This document shows, piece after piece, positions 12,631 through 26,526 of a stretch of 64,000 nt of DNA. This DNA comes from Dimorphilus gyrociliatus. Its lineage: Eukaryota; Animalia; Annelida. The stretch's first letter is position 1; every line of letters starts with the position of its first letter. The DNA lies in contig CAJFCJ010000005.1 in assembly GCA_904063045.1 (NCBI GenBank), positions 420,685 through 484,684 on the forward strand, written 5' to 3'. The notes under the pieces were generated by a model that did no database searches, was not told where the DNA came from, and worked only from the letters and a program-made list of their open reading frames with translations. Position numbers and translations under genes: made by a program.

Positions 12631-13910
12631 CTATCCATCCGTCTCTCTATCATTCATTTCCTTTCAATTACCAAGGAAATTTATGAATAATCATCCAAAA
12701 TTAAAGTATTTCAAATTGGGAATGAATTACGATACAAATCTAAGAAACTATTCAAACATCTCTACAATTATATTTCCAAGGAATATATCCGTAAATTTTC
12801 AATCGAAAAATTTATACTTTAACCAAGAGATTATCGAAATGAAAATTCAAGAGGAATTTGAATTATTGAAAAATCCGGAAATTGATGGAAATGATTCAGA
12901 AATATTTTTTGAATTTCTTAATTATTATCTATATACGAAAGATATCTCCTATACAATATCATTTTTGAAAATATTCAATAAAAACGATTTATTACAAGTA
13001 ATATTAATTTCTATTAGTTTGTTTCTTTAAAAAAACAATTTTATACTTTTTTTTGTAGATTGCATTTAGAAATATTCTTTGTATTGCTGATTTCTTTCAA
13101 GATCTTACCTATTCGGATTCGGATTGCGATAATCTTGAATATACACTTTATGTTCTTCTCTGGTTGGAATATTTACCGGAACAGGAACATCTTTGGATAA
13201 ATATAATAGAAATACTTTTTAAATTATATTTTCGGTATTTTCTTAAAAATATTTCCATATTTCTATATTAATAATGTAATTTATTCCCTTATATTTTCAG
13301 CTTAACAATTTTAAGCCCTTATAGACAAGTTATTGAAATGTTTGTCAAATATCAACACTTCCTTAGAAGGGTATTAATATTCTTTTTAAAAACTAAACAA
13401 ATATATTTATACAGCATATATATATATATATATATATATCTATTAATAGATTGGTAATGAACACGAAATAATTATAACACATTTACTTATTACCCAAGTA
13501 CATCCTTACGATGATATTCATATAGAACACTTAAATTCACTTAAGAAAAATGCTTCATTAACTGCGGTAAGTCTATTCATCCCTCTTCTTTCATTTATCT
13601 TGTAACAATACATTCTTTTCTTGTTCAGGTTGACGAATTAAATTTAACTAATACGGTAAGAGGAATATTCAATAATTTCAATCCAATATTTCGTTTTCAA
13701 AGAAGACCTCAAGTATTCCTCAAATATAATGTTTGCTTTAAGAAGTTTTATAAGAAATGGTTAAGCCTTGATAGTTTGGAGATAAAACAAGATTTTCTCT
13801 TTCCAATGTTCTTATCAATTGGAATAATACCTTTCAAAGAGAATCATGACTTGAAAATATATTTTGAAAACATGGATAAACTACTTAAGACAATTAAAGA
13901 TTGTTTTTAA
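11730..13910 (+). CDS. ZYG11/ZER1-like protein, copy 3 (multi-exon)
   Basis: MFSLQKIILYFI / YLPFYLSNII; LRRs; exon 2 KFMNNHPKLKYFK..IIFPRN; last exon VDELNL..IKDCF, TAA at 13908-13910. Confidence 0.78.
12545..12650. repeat. Compound (CT)n/(CTAT)n microsatellite in first intron of copy 3
   Basis: Directly visible; explains the spurious SLSLSL tails of two ORF-track entries. Confidence 0.9.
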
Positions 13911-14751
13911 ACAGACGAATATAAGAATTGAACGTTATGAACAAAAGTCTTCTTTTTGCTGTTTCTTTGGAAGAGAAAGAAGAAACAAAGAAGATAACGG
14001 CAAATAAAATTATATAAAATACATTTTTAATTGTAAATAGATCAGCTTTTAATCAAAAGAATTTGTTTCTCTAAATTTTTCGCAATGTCTTATCATCAGA
14101 ACCGAATTTTCCTTATCCTTTAGGCGGAGAACTTTCTTTGTGAATTTACACTATAAATTTCTAAATATAGAATACATCTTCTACAAACACATAACAATCG
14201 ATAGTCGATAGCATCTGACTAACTTGTGTCGTCACTAGCTTTAACGTAGCTTCATCATGTAGATTGAAAATTAGCGTTATCTAGAAGGAAGGATAAGAAC
14301 AATAACTGATAGAGATTGATAAGTATTATTTGATGGATAAGTAATTAGCAGATTTTCAGAAAGAGAGAGAGAGAGAGAGAGCTAGTGTGTGCGTGTGTCT
14401 TGAATTCTTGAATTTGTATTGTAGCTTAAAATAGGTTAGGAAGAAAAGATAACAAACCATATATAATATGTTCAACTTTTATTTTTATCAAGATTAAGTA
14501 AAATTTTTGAATAGAAATCGGAAGAGAAGTTAAATCACTTAGATTGTTCAATCAGAATGGTTAGATATTTACCATCTGTTCAATATTTACAATTACATAC
14601 CGTTTAATATAAAACTTGAATAAAAACCTAAAGAAAATAATTCAGAGATGATATTTGAAAAATGAAAACATTGATTATTCGATTATTAATTGTTTTATAG
14701 TTCTTTTAATTAGGTAAAGAAACTAACAAAAGGATAAATTTGTCATGAAGA

Positions 14752-14823
14752 GACTCCGTGGCGCAACGGTAGCGCGTCTGACTCCAGATCAGAAGGTTGC
14801 GTGTTCAAATCACGTCGGGGTCA
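14752..14823 (+). tRNA. tRNA-Trp-CCA: tRNA-Trp(CCA) copy 1
   Basis: Full cloverleaf, anticodon loop CTCCAGA. Confidence 0.97.
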
Positions 14824-15131
14824 AGTTCAATCTTTTGTTTTCTTTTTTTATTATTATTAAAATCCTTTGTTTACAAATATCCTATTTAATCTTATCAACT
14901 AAATCAAACTATATGAGCAATAAGATTAATAGTACATCCTGCGATAGATAAGCTTCTTACTTATTTATATTCAATAGGAAACAAGTAGTGTTATTCTATT
15001 GAGTGCTATATAATATCGCTCAAAAGCTTTTGAGTAGTATTCAATTTTATTTTGAACGATTCGAGTGTTTCTCTTATCTTCTACTCTTGCCCAGTTCACT
15101 GCCTGGAAATACACGTGTTGTTTTAAGAAAC

Positions 15132-15203
15132 GACTCCGTGGCGCAACGGTAGCGCGTCTGACTCCAGATCAGAAGGTTGCGTGTTCAAATCACGTCGGGG
15201 TCA
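15132..15203 (+). tRNA. tRNA-Trp-CCA: tRNA-Trp(CCA) copy 2
   Basis: Identical to copy 1; shares 3' flank AGTTCAAT. Confidence 0.97.
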
Positions 15204-15345
15204 AGTTCAATTTATTTTTTTTGTATTTTTACTGTGAATCGTCTCTATTAGGACAACAAAAAAAATGACTGTGTGCTTAAGCCTATAAAACAACAGCAAT
15301 TATAATAAGTTATTATTGCAGTAATAACAGCAAAAAGATGTATAA

Positions 15346-17502
15346 TCAATACGTTCGTAGACTTGACATGAAATATTTCTCCAAATTCGAAATATCGACA
15401 TGAGCATCTACAGATTTTCCTTTAAGGTTAACTTTTAAAATTGATAACCATAACAATAGAAACGATGGTGAAAATTGCGTATAAACTCTGGAGAACATGT
15501 CGTTACCATATTTCAAATGTAAAGATGAGAATTTTTTAAGGCATTCTAAAGTGTTCTTAAACTCTTTATCGTCAAGCTAAACGAAATAAAGAAAAGAGGG
15601 TATTTATTGAATGTTATTCTTAATAGGGTAAAGGTTATGACCTCGTCGAAAATTCTTTCATCGTACATTTTAGATAAAATATGAATAATTTCTCTATTCA
15701 CTTGAATATTCATTGTTAATCCGCAAAGTAATATTCTACCCAATTTAGTTTTATTAGTAATCTGTTTGTAAGGATGAAGAGTAATGACAGCTATAGATGA
15801 TATTTAATACGTAAATAGATATGATATAACCATATGTAATAGGTCGTAGTTTCTTGAAATAATCCTGTAAAATCTTTCCAATCGATCAGCGTTATCAGTA
15901 TGTTGAAAGATATGATCTAAAATAGATAATTAAATATTTAATTAGAGTTTACTTAATCGCTTTCTTATCTTTCTGTTTTAAAGAATAAAATCAAACCAAA
16001 TTTATAAATAATAGTGCAAACTAAGTCAGTTATTTTCATTTTATATTCTATATTATGACCATCTAAGGAGATTTCAATCCAATCAAAGACCGTTGCTATA
16101 TCGGATAAGTAGACAAATAGTACGTAGTGATCAGACGATCTTTGAGAAAATAGATAGTCAATAGTATCGGTTGTTCGTTCAAGAATCTTTGAATGAATAG
16201 TAAAAATATATAATTAAATATGATAATTATACTAAAAATCAGCCTATTACCACAATTAAATTGTCCATATCGACAAAACTAAAGAAAGTAACTAGTTGTT
16301 GTTTTGTCGAACCTTCCATTCTTTTCGTAAGAAAGAAATAAAACCAAGATAGGTCGTCAATTGTTAATTTTGAATGTTGTAATAATTTCATTTCGTATAC
16401 AATATCGACGTTGTTTATATCCTTTTGATTAAAGTATTCCAATATAAGATTATCCATCCATTAATCGTTTTTTACTTACCTTTAAACATCTTGGATATAT
16501 TTTTGGTGAAATATCGGAAAAGTCAATTTGCGGTCCTCCAGTATTGAAAACATTACTTAAAGGAAACTTGTACAACATTATCTTAAAGACTTTAAGCTTT
16601 GGATGATTCGATAGAATCTTACTATTAAGAAAAATCATTGTTTTATGATTAGTTCATGAATCTATATATTATTTAATCATCATAGGTTTTTACTTGATAG
16701 TTTCTCTATCCATATCCCAGAATCCTCTAATGCTAAAATATTCCAAATTCTTCCAATAAACACCGCGAAAAAGATCCTTTAGAAAACCTTTTCTAAAATC
16801 TAATAGACAAACTTTATTATCGTATAGAGAGATTTCTTTTAGCGAAGGAATCTTTGTCAAATGATAGATTTCATTATAACAAAACCTTTCATCTTTTAGA
16901 TTGTATTTAAGTATTTCCAATTTTCGCAAAGATCTCAAAGGCCATAGAAACATGACGAATGTTTGAGAAATATCTAATTCTACCAGATGATTTAAATTTG
17001 GAGCAATAAGCTCCAACACTTTATAATCTATGTACGAAGAGCTTAGATTCAATTTAATCAAATTACTATAATTAATTAATAACTTTTCAATATTATAATA
17101 GAATTCGTTGTTAGTACAGAATTGATAGATTTCATCGCATTCCGATATGGTTAATTCATTAAGATTCGCATTCTTTACGCTTATTAATATATCTTCAAAT
17201 CTAAATCTATTCAAACAGCGCAATTCCAACTTTTCCAAATTATGATGACCTTCTAAAAATTGTTTACATTTCAAATTTGACATACGGCGTCCATCAATCT
17301 TTATGTTGGATAACTCGGTTATATTCTTATTAAAAAGCTTACATACAGAATCGTTAGATACGCAGGATTTCTCAGCGAAATAATTAAAAACCATCTGAGA
17401 TATTTGATAAGGAATTCTTCCTCTTCTCCTAATATAATGTTCAAATACTTCTTCGGTGTCTTTCCATATTGCAAGAAGAGTTAATCTCTTAAGATTTATC
17501 AT
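15346..17502 (-). CDS. ZYG11/ZER1-like protein, copy 4 (multi-exon)
   Basis: MINLKRLTLLAI / RIPYQISQMVF; LRRs; exon 2 SNHPKLKVFK..DFSDISPKIYPR; last exon LDDKEF..LRTY, TGA at 15346-15348. Confidence 0.78.
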
Positions 17503-17612
17503 ATTAAAAGATCTGCAAAAATGTAGCTAACACACCAAAATTTAAGCTTATTATGATAATACAAATATGACATATAAATAAACAAAAAAACTCTAATTTA
17601 TTATTCAAGAGA

Positions 17613-17625
17613 GTGCCATCTAGCG
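17613..17625. promoter_or_regulatory. CTCF-like motif GTGCCATCTAGCG
   Basis: Closest match to the CTCF core; about 110 bp upstream of the copy 4 ATG. Confidence 0.5.
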
Positions 17626-18070
17626 CCAAGAATATATTTCCAAATTCATCCATGTATAAAAGTAGATAAACTCTTGAATATAAAACAATAAATTTCTATT
17701 AGTATAAGAAATTTTTCGATATTATTTCAAGTATATATAATGAATAAATTATTCAAAGATATGATAAAATCTATAGAGAGATCCGGCGGATACGAATGTA
17801 AAAACGGCCATACCTTTAGCCTTTACGGCTGTAATTTGCTTGAATAGATTGAACATATTTACGTTTTTAAGTTGTAAATAGTAAACAATTAGAAGAAGAA
17901 GAAGGTTATGTTAATATATATATATATATATTAAATCAATTTATTCTATTATCACAACAGTTATGAGCATAAGGCAATTTCAATGTTAAGATTATAATAA
18001 GAAACTAGACGTATTAATAATAATATACTCTAATATTTAGCTTTTAATTAAGACGATAGAGAATTAATGT

Positions 18071-20062
18071 CTACACATTCAAAGAACTACAATAAATATT
18101 CACTTCGTTAATCTCTACTCGAATCTGTTCAATCTCGTGATCGACGTTCTGCGATAGTATAGATGAACAAATTTCAAATAAACCCTTAGAATAGGGATAA
18201 GACCTGGAAAATTGGAAAGAATCTTCTCCTCTTGGAAACTTTTTGATTAGTTTCTTAAGAATGTTAATTATCTGAAATATTTCGTCTGGACTTATCTATA
18301 TTTGAAAGATAAGAATTAAAAGACTTGTATAAATACTTTAATTAATACTTACAAATTTAAAGACTGAGCTTGAATTCATTCTTTTCAAAGTAAGAAATGG
18401 TTCTAGATTCGATCTTTCAATTTTACTTGACAAACGTAGTAACGCCATTCCTAGTTCAACTTTATCAATAACCTTTTAACATAATAATTTAAATTAGATA
18501 AGGAGAGATGGATATTTTTTTTCATAAGTACCAAATTTAAAAGATGATAACATTTATCAATGATTTTATCCAAATAAAACAATATCTTACACTGATTGTC
18601 GTTTGAAAAATCTGAAAAGAATGCAATCAAGTTGTATAGATTCACTTTTACGCTATATGGTTATCGGTCAATTACCTATTAATGGCAAAATGTCAAATAT
18701 CGAATTACAAGTCTGTATCCACTCTAATTGCTCCTTTGGGGAGTACTTAATCCAGCTTAGAAGCGAGAACATCATCTCTAGAGGTTGTAAATCAACAGTA
18801 CTAGACACCGAAAATGCGGTCCTAACTTGACAACTTTCAATTTTCAAGCCTATGATCTAAAAGGATGAATGATCAGTTATTTTCTTTTCTATCAGTAAAC
18901 TTTCTTACCTTAAGGAGTAAATCCAATTTTAATGTTTCCATAAAAGAACTCCTCACACCATCATTTTCATGATTTAATTGATTATAGAGACAACTTAACA
19001 AGCCGTTGAAATCATCGGCACAAGCTTGAGGGCTTTGTAAAATTTCCAGTTCTTCGTTCAAGCAATTTGAATTGAACCTCTAAAATAGAATATATTAGAA
19101 ATTTAATATTTTAATTTTTGCCTAGAACTTACTTTTGCAAATCTTGGGAAAACTACTGGAGAAAGATCTGAAAAATCAATTCTCTCTCCTGCAAGATATT
19201 CATGAACTTTGAAAAAAACCAACTTGGGATGTCTAATAAGAAAACTTCTAATGCTTTGCCTTGTAATTTCTCGACTTATAAAGATGGCAAAATACTTTAA
19301 ATTAGGCCAATAAAAATGATGAAACACGTGTCTACAGAATTTATTCTTCTCCGGATAGAATACGTTGCATTTATCGGTAAGATAAATTCCTTCCAACTTA
19401 TGTAGAAATCTTAGGTAATTAATCTCTCTATAATCAAAAGATCCAAGCTTATCGTAGTATTTAAACGAAAGTAAATTTCTCAATTTAACAATTGGACCCA
19501 GTTTTAAGACTTCCGTACCAGAAATATTCAACTTTTCCAAATGAATAAGATTATTGCACAAGTGCTCAAAACCTTTACAATTCAAATCTGTATAGCTTAG
19601 ATTTAACTTTCTTATGTTCTTAAATGCTGTTATAAGACGAATTCCATCTGTTGAATGTAGTCTTCTACCCGAGTCGAAAAAGTAAGTAAAGTTGCTATTA
19701 GCAATTGTAAGCTCTCTAAGATGTTCATGTCTATGCTTTAAAATATTCATCAAAACTTCAATGTTCAATTTTCTGTAATTGAACATTTTAAAAGTTTCAA
19801 AAGGATGTCCCGCCAAAAATTCCAAATCGTATTCATGTTTAATATTGTCGGCGTCGAATTTAATGTTTATAAATTGGGATCTGTTGGAAAAAAAGTAAAT
19901 AAGAAATTCAACAGGAACGCCTTTATTCTTTCTATCCAGATAATGAAAAATTTGTTCAGCCAGAACATACGGTAGACGCTTATTCTTTGAACGAAAAGCT
20001 TCAAAGACGCTTTTCATCTCCTTATCGATATAATTTAGAGTTATTTCTTTTAGACTGAGCAT
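18071..20062 (-). CDS. ZYG11/ZER1-like protein, copy 5 (lacks the family's first intron)
   Basis: MLSLKEITLNYI / RLPYVLAEQIF; exon 1 and 2 equivalents contiguous (SIRSFLIRHPKL..VFPRFAK); last exon ISPDEIF..SLNV, TAG at 18071-18073. Confidence 0.8.
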
Positions 20063-20572
20063 TGCTCTTTCCCTTTCAAACAATTCACTTCATCTGACAA
20101 GTCTCCTTAGCATAAATGGCAATCAGCAGACGACAATTCATAATGAGTCATCTATGTATCGATTTTTCCCAATTCCCTGTTGTGATGTAATTAATCGAGC
20201 AAAGGTAAAAGTTTTCATTTCATTGTATAAAAACTAATCCTCTTAGTGTAAACTTTATACCATCTAATCCTATTCTTTCTCAAGTTCATCAAGCCACTTC
20301 ATCTAACTTTCGGGTATCCAGGTAATTAAATTATAATACCATCTTAAGCCATCGTCCGTCTAATTACCTTTCGTTAATAAACATGTACTATTTATAGACA
20401 ATTACTACATTTTTTATTAATTAATGTTGAAGTTGGCGATAAAAAATGTCTGTAAAAGACGAAAACGACAAATCTCTCAATGTAACGCACTGATTAACAT
20501 CGAAGAAAGTTTTTACATCAAATAAGAACTTTTAAAACGTCACTTTTATCTAAGAAACAACAAATAATATTA

Positions 20573-20585
20573 GTGACACCTAGCG
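20573..20585. promoter_or_regulatory. CTCF-like motif GTGACACCTAGCG
   Basis: Lies between copies 6 and 5. Confidence 0.35.
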
Positions 20586-20716
20586 TCAAGTAGTAAAATA
20601 ACCGTTGAAATAATATAAATGATAGACAAGCTCATATCTAAGATAAATGGATAAGTATTATAATAAGTGTAAGTAAACAAATCAGAGGATTCTCTCAAAT
20701 TTATTCCTTAATTCGT

Positions 20717-22692
20717 TCAATCGAGCTTCTTCCGAATTCTTCTCCAACGTTTCCAGTAAGCATCTATACGATTCCTCAAGTAAATCTCTATTAATCTGAA
20801 TATATAAATCCAATTAATAACTATACTTGTTAGAAAATATGAAATAGGAAATTTTAATACCTTTTCTCCTGGACGAATACCGCCAACAAGCTGTAATAAG
20901 AGTCTATAACCGTATAGTTTAAGCTTTTCCAGTTTAGCTATTTTCATCAAACTATGAATTACAATGTCTCTGTTGACAATCTGTTAGATTAATAATAAAA
21001 CAGGGAACTTTATTAGTATGATTTAAATATAGAGGCGATTTCAATATTCAATCATCTTTATTACCAGAAAAATTAAATTGTATCTTATTAGAAGGAGCCG
21101 AGAGGAGATTTCAACCATTATATAATATTGTTTCTCTACTCTCTGATCGTTTGCTATTTCTGTTATAACTCTATAACTTGTTTCGATTGTCACTAGCCAA
21201 TAATTTTCATTTCCGGAGAATACTTTAAGGAATTTGATAAATTCTAAAGATTTAATGAATGTAGTACATTTATAAGGTATATTCCATTCTGTTGAATTGA
21301 TATAGTTTTCATAACGAATCCTTTGAATAAGCATCTAATAGTAAGAAAAATATAAAAGTGTATGGATAGAGAGAAAAAGAAGAAGAAGGAAAATGTCCCA
21401 TCTTCTACCTTCCATAGGTTATCCTTATCAATATTTTCCAAAAGATTAATCATAACTTCATCGTCATTATCTCTAATTGTACTAGTCAAATAATAAAGCA
21501 TCTCTTCATTCTCTATAATGCATGTCTTAGGATTTTGAAGATTTAGTATTTCCCGATTAAAATTAAGTTGCGATTCTCTATTCTTTATATTTATAGAACA
21601 AAGAAAGATGGAAGACAGTTAATTGCAAATGCATTTTAGAACGGTCTATACGTTTTCTACTTATTATTTATACTTACAAAGATATCTTTTGGATAAACTA
21701 TCGGAGATAGATGACAATAGTAGGATGAATAGGAAATATTGTAATGTGATGCGTATATTCCCAAGAATACATACTCCAGCTTAGGATGATTGTCTAAGAA
21801 TCGTCTAAGACAAAAAGAAAGTGGTGAATATGTAAAAACTATTAAGAGAATGAGTTAAAAATGATTATTTATTTATTTACCTTACAGTAGATTCGTACAT
21901 TAGAAATACACCTTCAATTGAAAAATACTTTAAATTCACCCATATTTTTTCATTCATTAACTCGTATAACCAAGATTTTGGTTTTATATCTCCAGCGTAA
22001 CCTTTCGATTTGATATAAATACCTTCTAGATTCGGTAATTCTCTTAACAAGTTGTATTGACCAGATTCTGATAGTGTGTTTATTAAGTAGGTAGTAAATA
22101 TTCGAAGATTTCTTAGTTTAACTATCGAGGTTATATTTTGAACGTCGGTAGCTACGATATTAAATTCTTCCAGGTTTGGAAGAGAAGAACAAACGTACTG
22201 GAAACATTCGCTGTTGAATTTTGTAAAACTTACATCTAAACAGATTATAGTTTTAATATGGCATAATCTTTTAATAGCTATAGAAGGCCCTCTTGATTCT
22301 CTTTGACATTCGCCATAACTAAGAAGGCAGCCATTTATAGATAAATCCGTTATTGGTGCGTCTTTAATATTATCAATCCAATCAGTTAAAGCCACATTAA
22401 CCATACAATGAATATGAAATGTTTTTAATGGCAAATTTTTAAAAACTGATAAGACTTCGGGATTATCTATTCTCCTTCCATTGATTTTTATACTGTCAAT
22501 TGACGATTGTAGCAGATGAAAGAGTCTTAGTCCGCTCATATCCACGCCAATTTGACATGAATTTATCATTTGTAATATTCTCTCGGCCATTAGATTAGGC
22601 ATTCTAAACTTTTTATCTTTGTACTTTTCATATACAAGTTGACTATTTTCTCCAATATAGCGATAAACTATTTCCAATAGCGTGAAACACAT
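20717..22692 (-). CDS. ZYG11/ZER1-like protein, copy 6 (multi-exon)
   Basis: MCFTLLEIVYRYI / RMPNLMAERIL; LRRs; exon 2 RFLDNHPKLEY; 3' end approximate (ORF 20717-20950). Confidence 0.75.
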
Positions 22693-23045
22693 GATTAAAC
22701 GCTCTCGACGAACGCTAGCAGACGATAACACTAAAAGTAACAGAAGGACGACTCTTCCATTAAGCGTCGTAATGTATTTAAAACTATTCGTACTTTTTCT
22801 CTTTCTGGCTTTGTTTTCGTAAAATAGACAAAAAATTTAATAACGATAGATATATTCATAAAGAATGCATGGGGAGTGGTTGAAAGGGATAAGAGGAGTA
22901 GTAAGGAGTGAATGAGGGAAGGAGGATGGGGAGAGATATATTGAATAAATTAGTGACTTTAATGCAGACAAACTTTGAACATAGCAAAAAAAAAACATAA
23001 AGTTAACCCTTTTCCCTTGAGTGATTGTTTTTATGTTGCGTTTTT

Positions 23046-23378
23046 TTATGCTTCTCTTTTCAGTTCTTCTTCTATTTCCTTTATAGTTCTTTGTATAGTT
23101 TTCTGCGAAGCTTTTATTCCAGTTAAATTAGCGACCTTTGTCGACGTTATCTTTTCTTTGTTATTCTTCAACTGGATAATTATATTTTTCATAATCATTT
23201 TTATCTTTTTTGTTATTACCTTGGGACGTCCGACATTACCAGATTTCCGATAAGTCGGCTTAGCTATATATTGCACAGTAGACTTTACTAATCCAAGAAT
23301 AGTGGCTACTTCACTATAAGATTTTCCATCTTTTATTAACTTTTTCACAAGATCTCTTACTTCTTTACAATGAGTCAT
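23046..23378 (-). mobile_element. Tc1/mariner transposase relic (paired-like HTH region only)
   Basis: GKSYSEVATILGLVKSTVQYI (HTH1), GRPK linker, second HTH..ASQKTIQRTI; stop after 110 aa; no DDE domain and no TIR pair found. Confidence 0.7.
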
Positions 23379-24039
23379 AATGATTTAATGTACGTTTTAC
23401 CTGAATACCATGAATATCCTATTAAGTACTTTTTATAGAATGTGATACATACTCAAAAAAAAGTCTTATATGAATTAATAAAGAAAGTACTCAATAGTAT
23501 TAAAAAAAAGAACAATAAAAAAAAAAACGTTCCATGGATGAAGATCGTCTAAACGCAATTCCCTTCTAAAATACCATGGAATTTAGAAGAATGTTTTACC
23601 TATACGCTAGAAGGTTTGGTTATATTTATGTATAACTGATTTATTTATATAGGTTAACAAGATTAATTCTTTATCTTCTATAAATTTTATATTAAATTGA
23701 TAACCGAAAACGAAAATATACAGTATTAACGCTTTTCTATTGTATTGTTTATAATTAGCCAGAGATAGGAACTCGATGTTGTAAAATAATTGAATATACA
23801 GTACACTGTATTTGTTATACAATTCTATTGTTCCAGAACGACAACTGGTACTTATTTAAAAATTCAACCTTCTTAGATATATTAAACAAACAGTAGACTA
23901 ATTAGAAAAAATCTTTGCTTATTTTATAAAAAAATTCAAGAGACTTCAATTCTATTCTCAATTCAAACATTAACAATCTATTAGTTTTGTAGCAATTCAA
24001 CTATTCAAAATTTTAATTGTTCAAGACAATCGTTAAGAT

Positions 24040-26382
24040 CTATTCTAACTCTTTGGCCAATGAATTTATGGATGATACATTTATGATATTGTAGAGAGAG
24101 AGAGAGAGCAAGCTAATAAAATTTTTTGCCTTAACAATACTTTTTATTATACTCTTATACAGAAAGATTACGAAGAGATTCAGATCCTTTCGGGAAGTAT
24201 TTTTAAAAAAAAATCGATTATTACATTCGAAAAATAAACAACTTGAAATGCGTATCTGTGCATTGAATGTATTATTTATTTTCAAAGAGAGAGAGAGAGA
24301 GGGCTTTCTCTCTGCATTTGAAAGAAAAGTTGAATAGGCTTTTTATATAGGATAACTTTTCGAATAGAGTCATTAATTGGAATTTTTTTGTTATTTTATA
24401 ACAATTTCCGTGCTGTTGATTATATTTCAAAATCAAACAATACAATTCTATATCATTTCTATAGGAGAGATGATTTTGCATGTCTCTCTGTATTCCTTCC
24501 ATTTCTAAATTACATTTAAACTTCAAAGAGGAAACTATTGAGAGAATATCTGCCAATGGTGCCTAGAAAGAAGATAAGGAGCCATTAAAATTTTCAGCAT
24601 GTAGATAAAAAATTATTATCATACGTTAATAAATGCTCTATCGCTATAAAGCTTCCACATAAGATTTGAGGTATTCTTTCTTATCAAACAGGATTTTGTT
24701 GAATGAAATAAGATTAATGCTAATTTGGTTTTATTCGCTATCTTTAAGGGTAGAAATATAATAAATATTAATAATATGAATAGCATTTTAAAGCGTCTAT
24801 TACGTACCAAGTTAATAAATTGATATTTATTACTAATCAATTCGGTAATAGTTTCCAACAAAGTTACGTAATACATGTAATCCGATTCCTCTATATGCCC
24901 ATTTTCCAGACATTTATATCCAAGATGAAGTATTTTAATCCAATTGATATTACAGTTAGGAACATGTAATAAATATGTAAAGATTTTAAGAGCTTTTAAT
25001 ACTTTTTCTTCTACTACAAGACAACTCTGTAAACTGTAATGATGCCTGGATTTTCTCTCAATATAATTGACAAGTATCTATAAAAAAAAACATGAAAAGA
25101 GTGAAAATTTTGATTAAAGTAATAAATTTATTATTTATTTATTACGTCTGTAAGTTGTTCAAGTCGAATCGATTGAAAAAATTGAATAATATCGTTCAAG
25201 TTGTTTGATTCTATATATTTGATTAGAAATACTATCATTTTTCCAGTTCCATTTCCAGATATATTCAATTTCGATAATATATGTATTTCATTATTGAATA
25301 AATCAATATTAATTCTTTTATAATTCCACTGAAAAATTAGGAAAATTGGTAAAATTGTTAAGTTAATCTCATTAATAATAATACCGGAAATATCCTTGGA
25401 AGAATTATTGACGATATTTCATTAATATCTCGCTTTAATAGACGATCCTCAAAATCAAATGATTTTATTTTAAACACCAAAAGTTTCTTGTAAGTTTGTA
25501 AAAATTTGCTATAAAATATTAAAGAAATCATATTTTTGATTTATTTATAAATGAAAAGATTGATATTTACATAATTTCCGATTGATCTTCAATTAGACAA
25601 GTATCAATTGAAAATACTTTTAAATTTAACCAACAATTCAATTTTCTTAATGAACTTAGCCAGTATTTTTGTATTGAAGTTTCTGTATAAGTATTACCGT
25701 GAAGTTGTATCTCTTCTATATTCTTTTGTTGTCTTAAATAGAAAAATATGTCTGTATTTAATGGAAAATTCATATCTTTAGCTTGAAATTTCTTTAAATT
25801 CCGTAAATATTTCAATGGTTTGTATTGTTGAACATTTGTTTTGGAGATATTCAAATCGTTAATTGATCTTAATGATTTACAAATATATTTGAGGCAATCG
25901 TCGTTGAAATTTGAACAGGAAACGTCCAATTGTAGTAAATTTTTAAAACGAACAATCAATTTATAATCTGGCAATGGATTGAAGCAATTCGAATTATTAG
26001 AATCATTTGATCTAGTCTTCGATATAGTTAACCTTTTTAGATAGTTAACATCAATGAAATATAACCATTTCCTTAATGGTAAACTTTGATAATTTTCAAT
26101 ATATGCGTCATCCAATTGGTGCTTTTTAAGAAATGATAATTTCTTAGTATTTTCGATATTTAAAGTACTAAATTTAATTGAAGTTAGATTTGTCGTTGCC
26201 GAAGTAAAAAAGTCCAAATTTTCTTCTAAAATACCCCAATTTCTTTCATTCATATAAGAGAATATCAAACTTGATAAATAGAACGGTAAACGTATATTTC
26301 TTTTTATAGAATTATTGATAATTAAATTACTATTATTTCCAATATAATTAAGAACAATATCCTGCAATTTTATCATCGTCAT
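24040..26382 (-). CDS. ZYG11/ZER1-like protein, copy 7 (multi-exon, 3' end uncertain)
   Basis: MIKLQDIVLNYI / RLPFYLSSLIF; LRRs; exon 2 KFLQTYKKLLVFK..IILPRIF. Confidence 0.72.
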
Positions 26383-26461
26383 CGTCAATCATCAATATAC
26401 TAAAGAGAGGAGAAACTTTCGAAATGTTATCTAAAATGATTCTAACTGAACTTTTTCACTT

Positions 26462-26479
26462 TATATATATATAAATATA

Positions 26480-26525
<46 letters not shown>
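26462..26525. repeat. (TA)n microsatellite
   Basis: Long TA run just upstream of copy 7. Confidence 0.95.

Positions 26526-26526
<1 letters not shown>

Noticed and set aside
14745-15268. Two ORFs sharing KRLRGATVARLTPDQKVACSNHVGVKFNL
   Set aside because: The shared peptide is simply the translated duplicated tRNA-Trp.
17761-17847. 28-codon GC-richer ORF MIKSIERSGGYECKNGHTFSLYGCNLLE
   Set aside because: Too short and no recognisable family; cannot be supported without expression data.
22961-22985. TGCAGACAAACTTTGAACA as a Tc1 TIR for the HTH relic
   Set aside because: No matching inverted copy found on the other side of the ORF.
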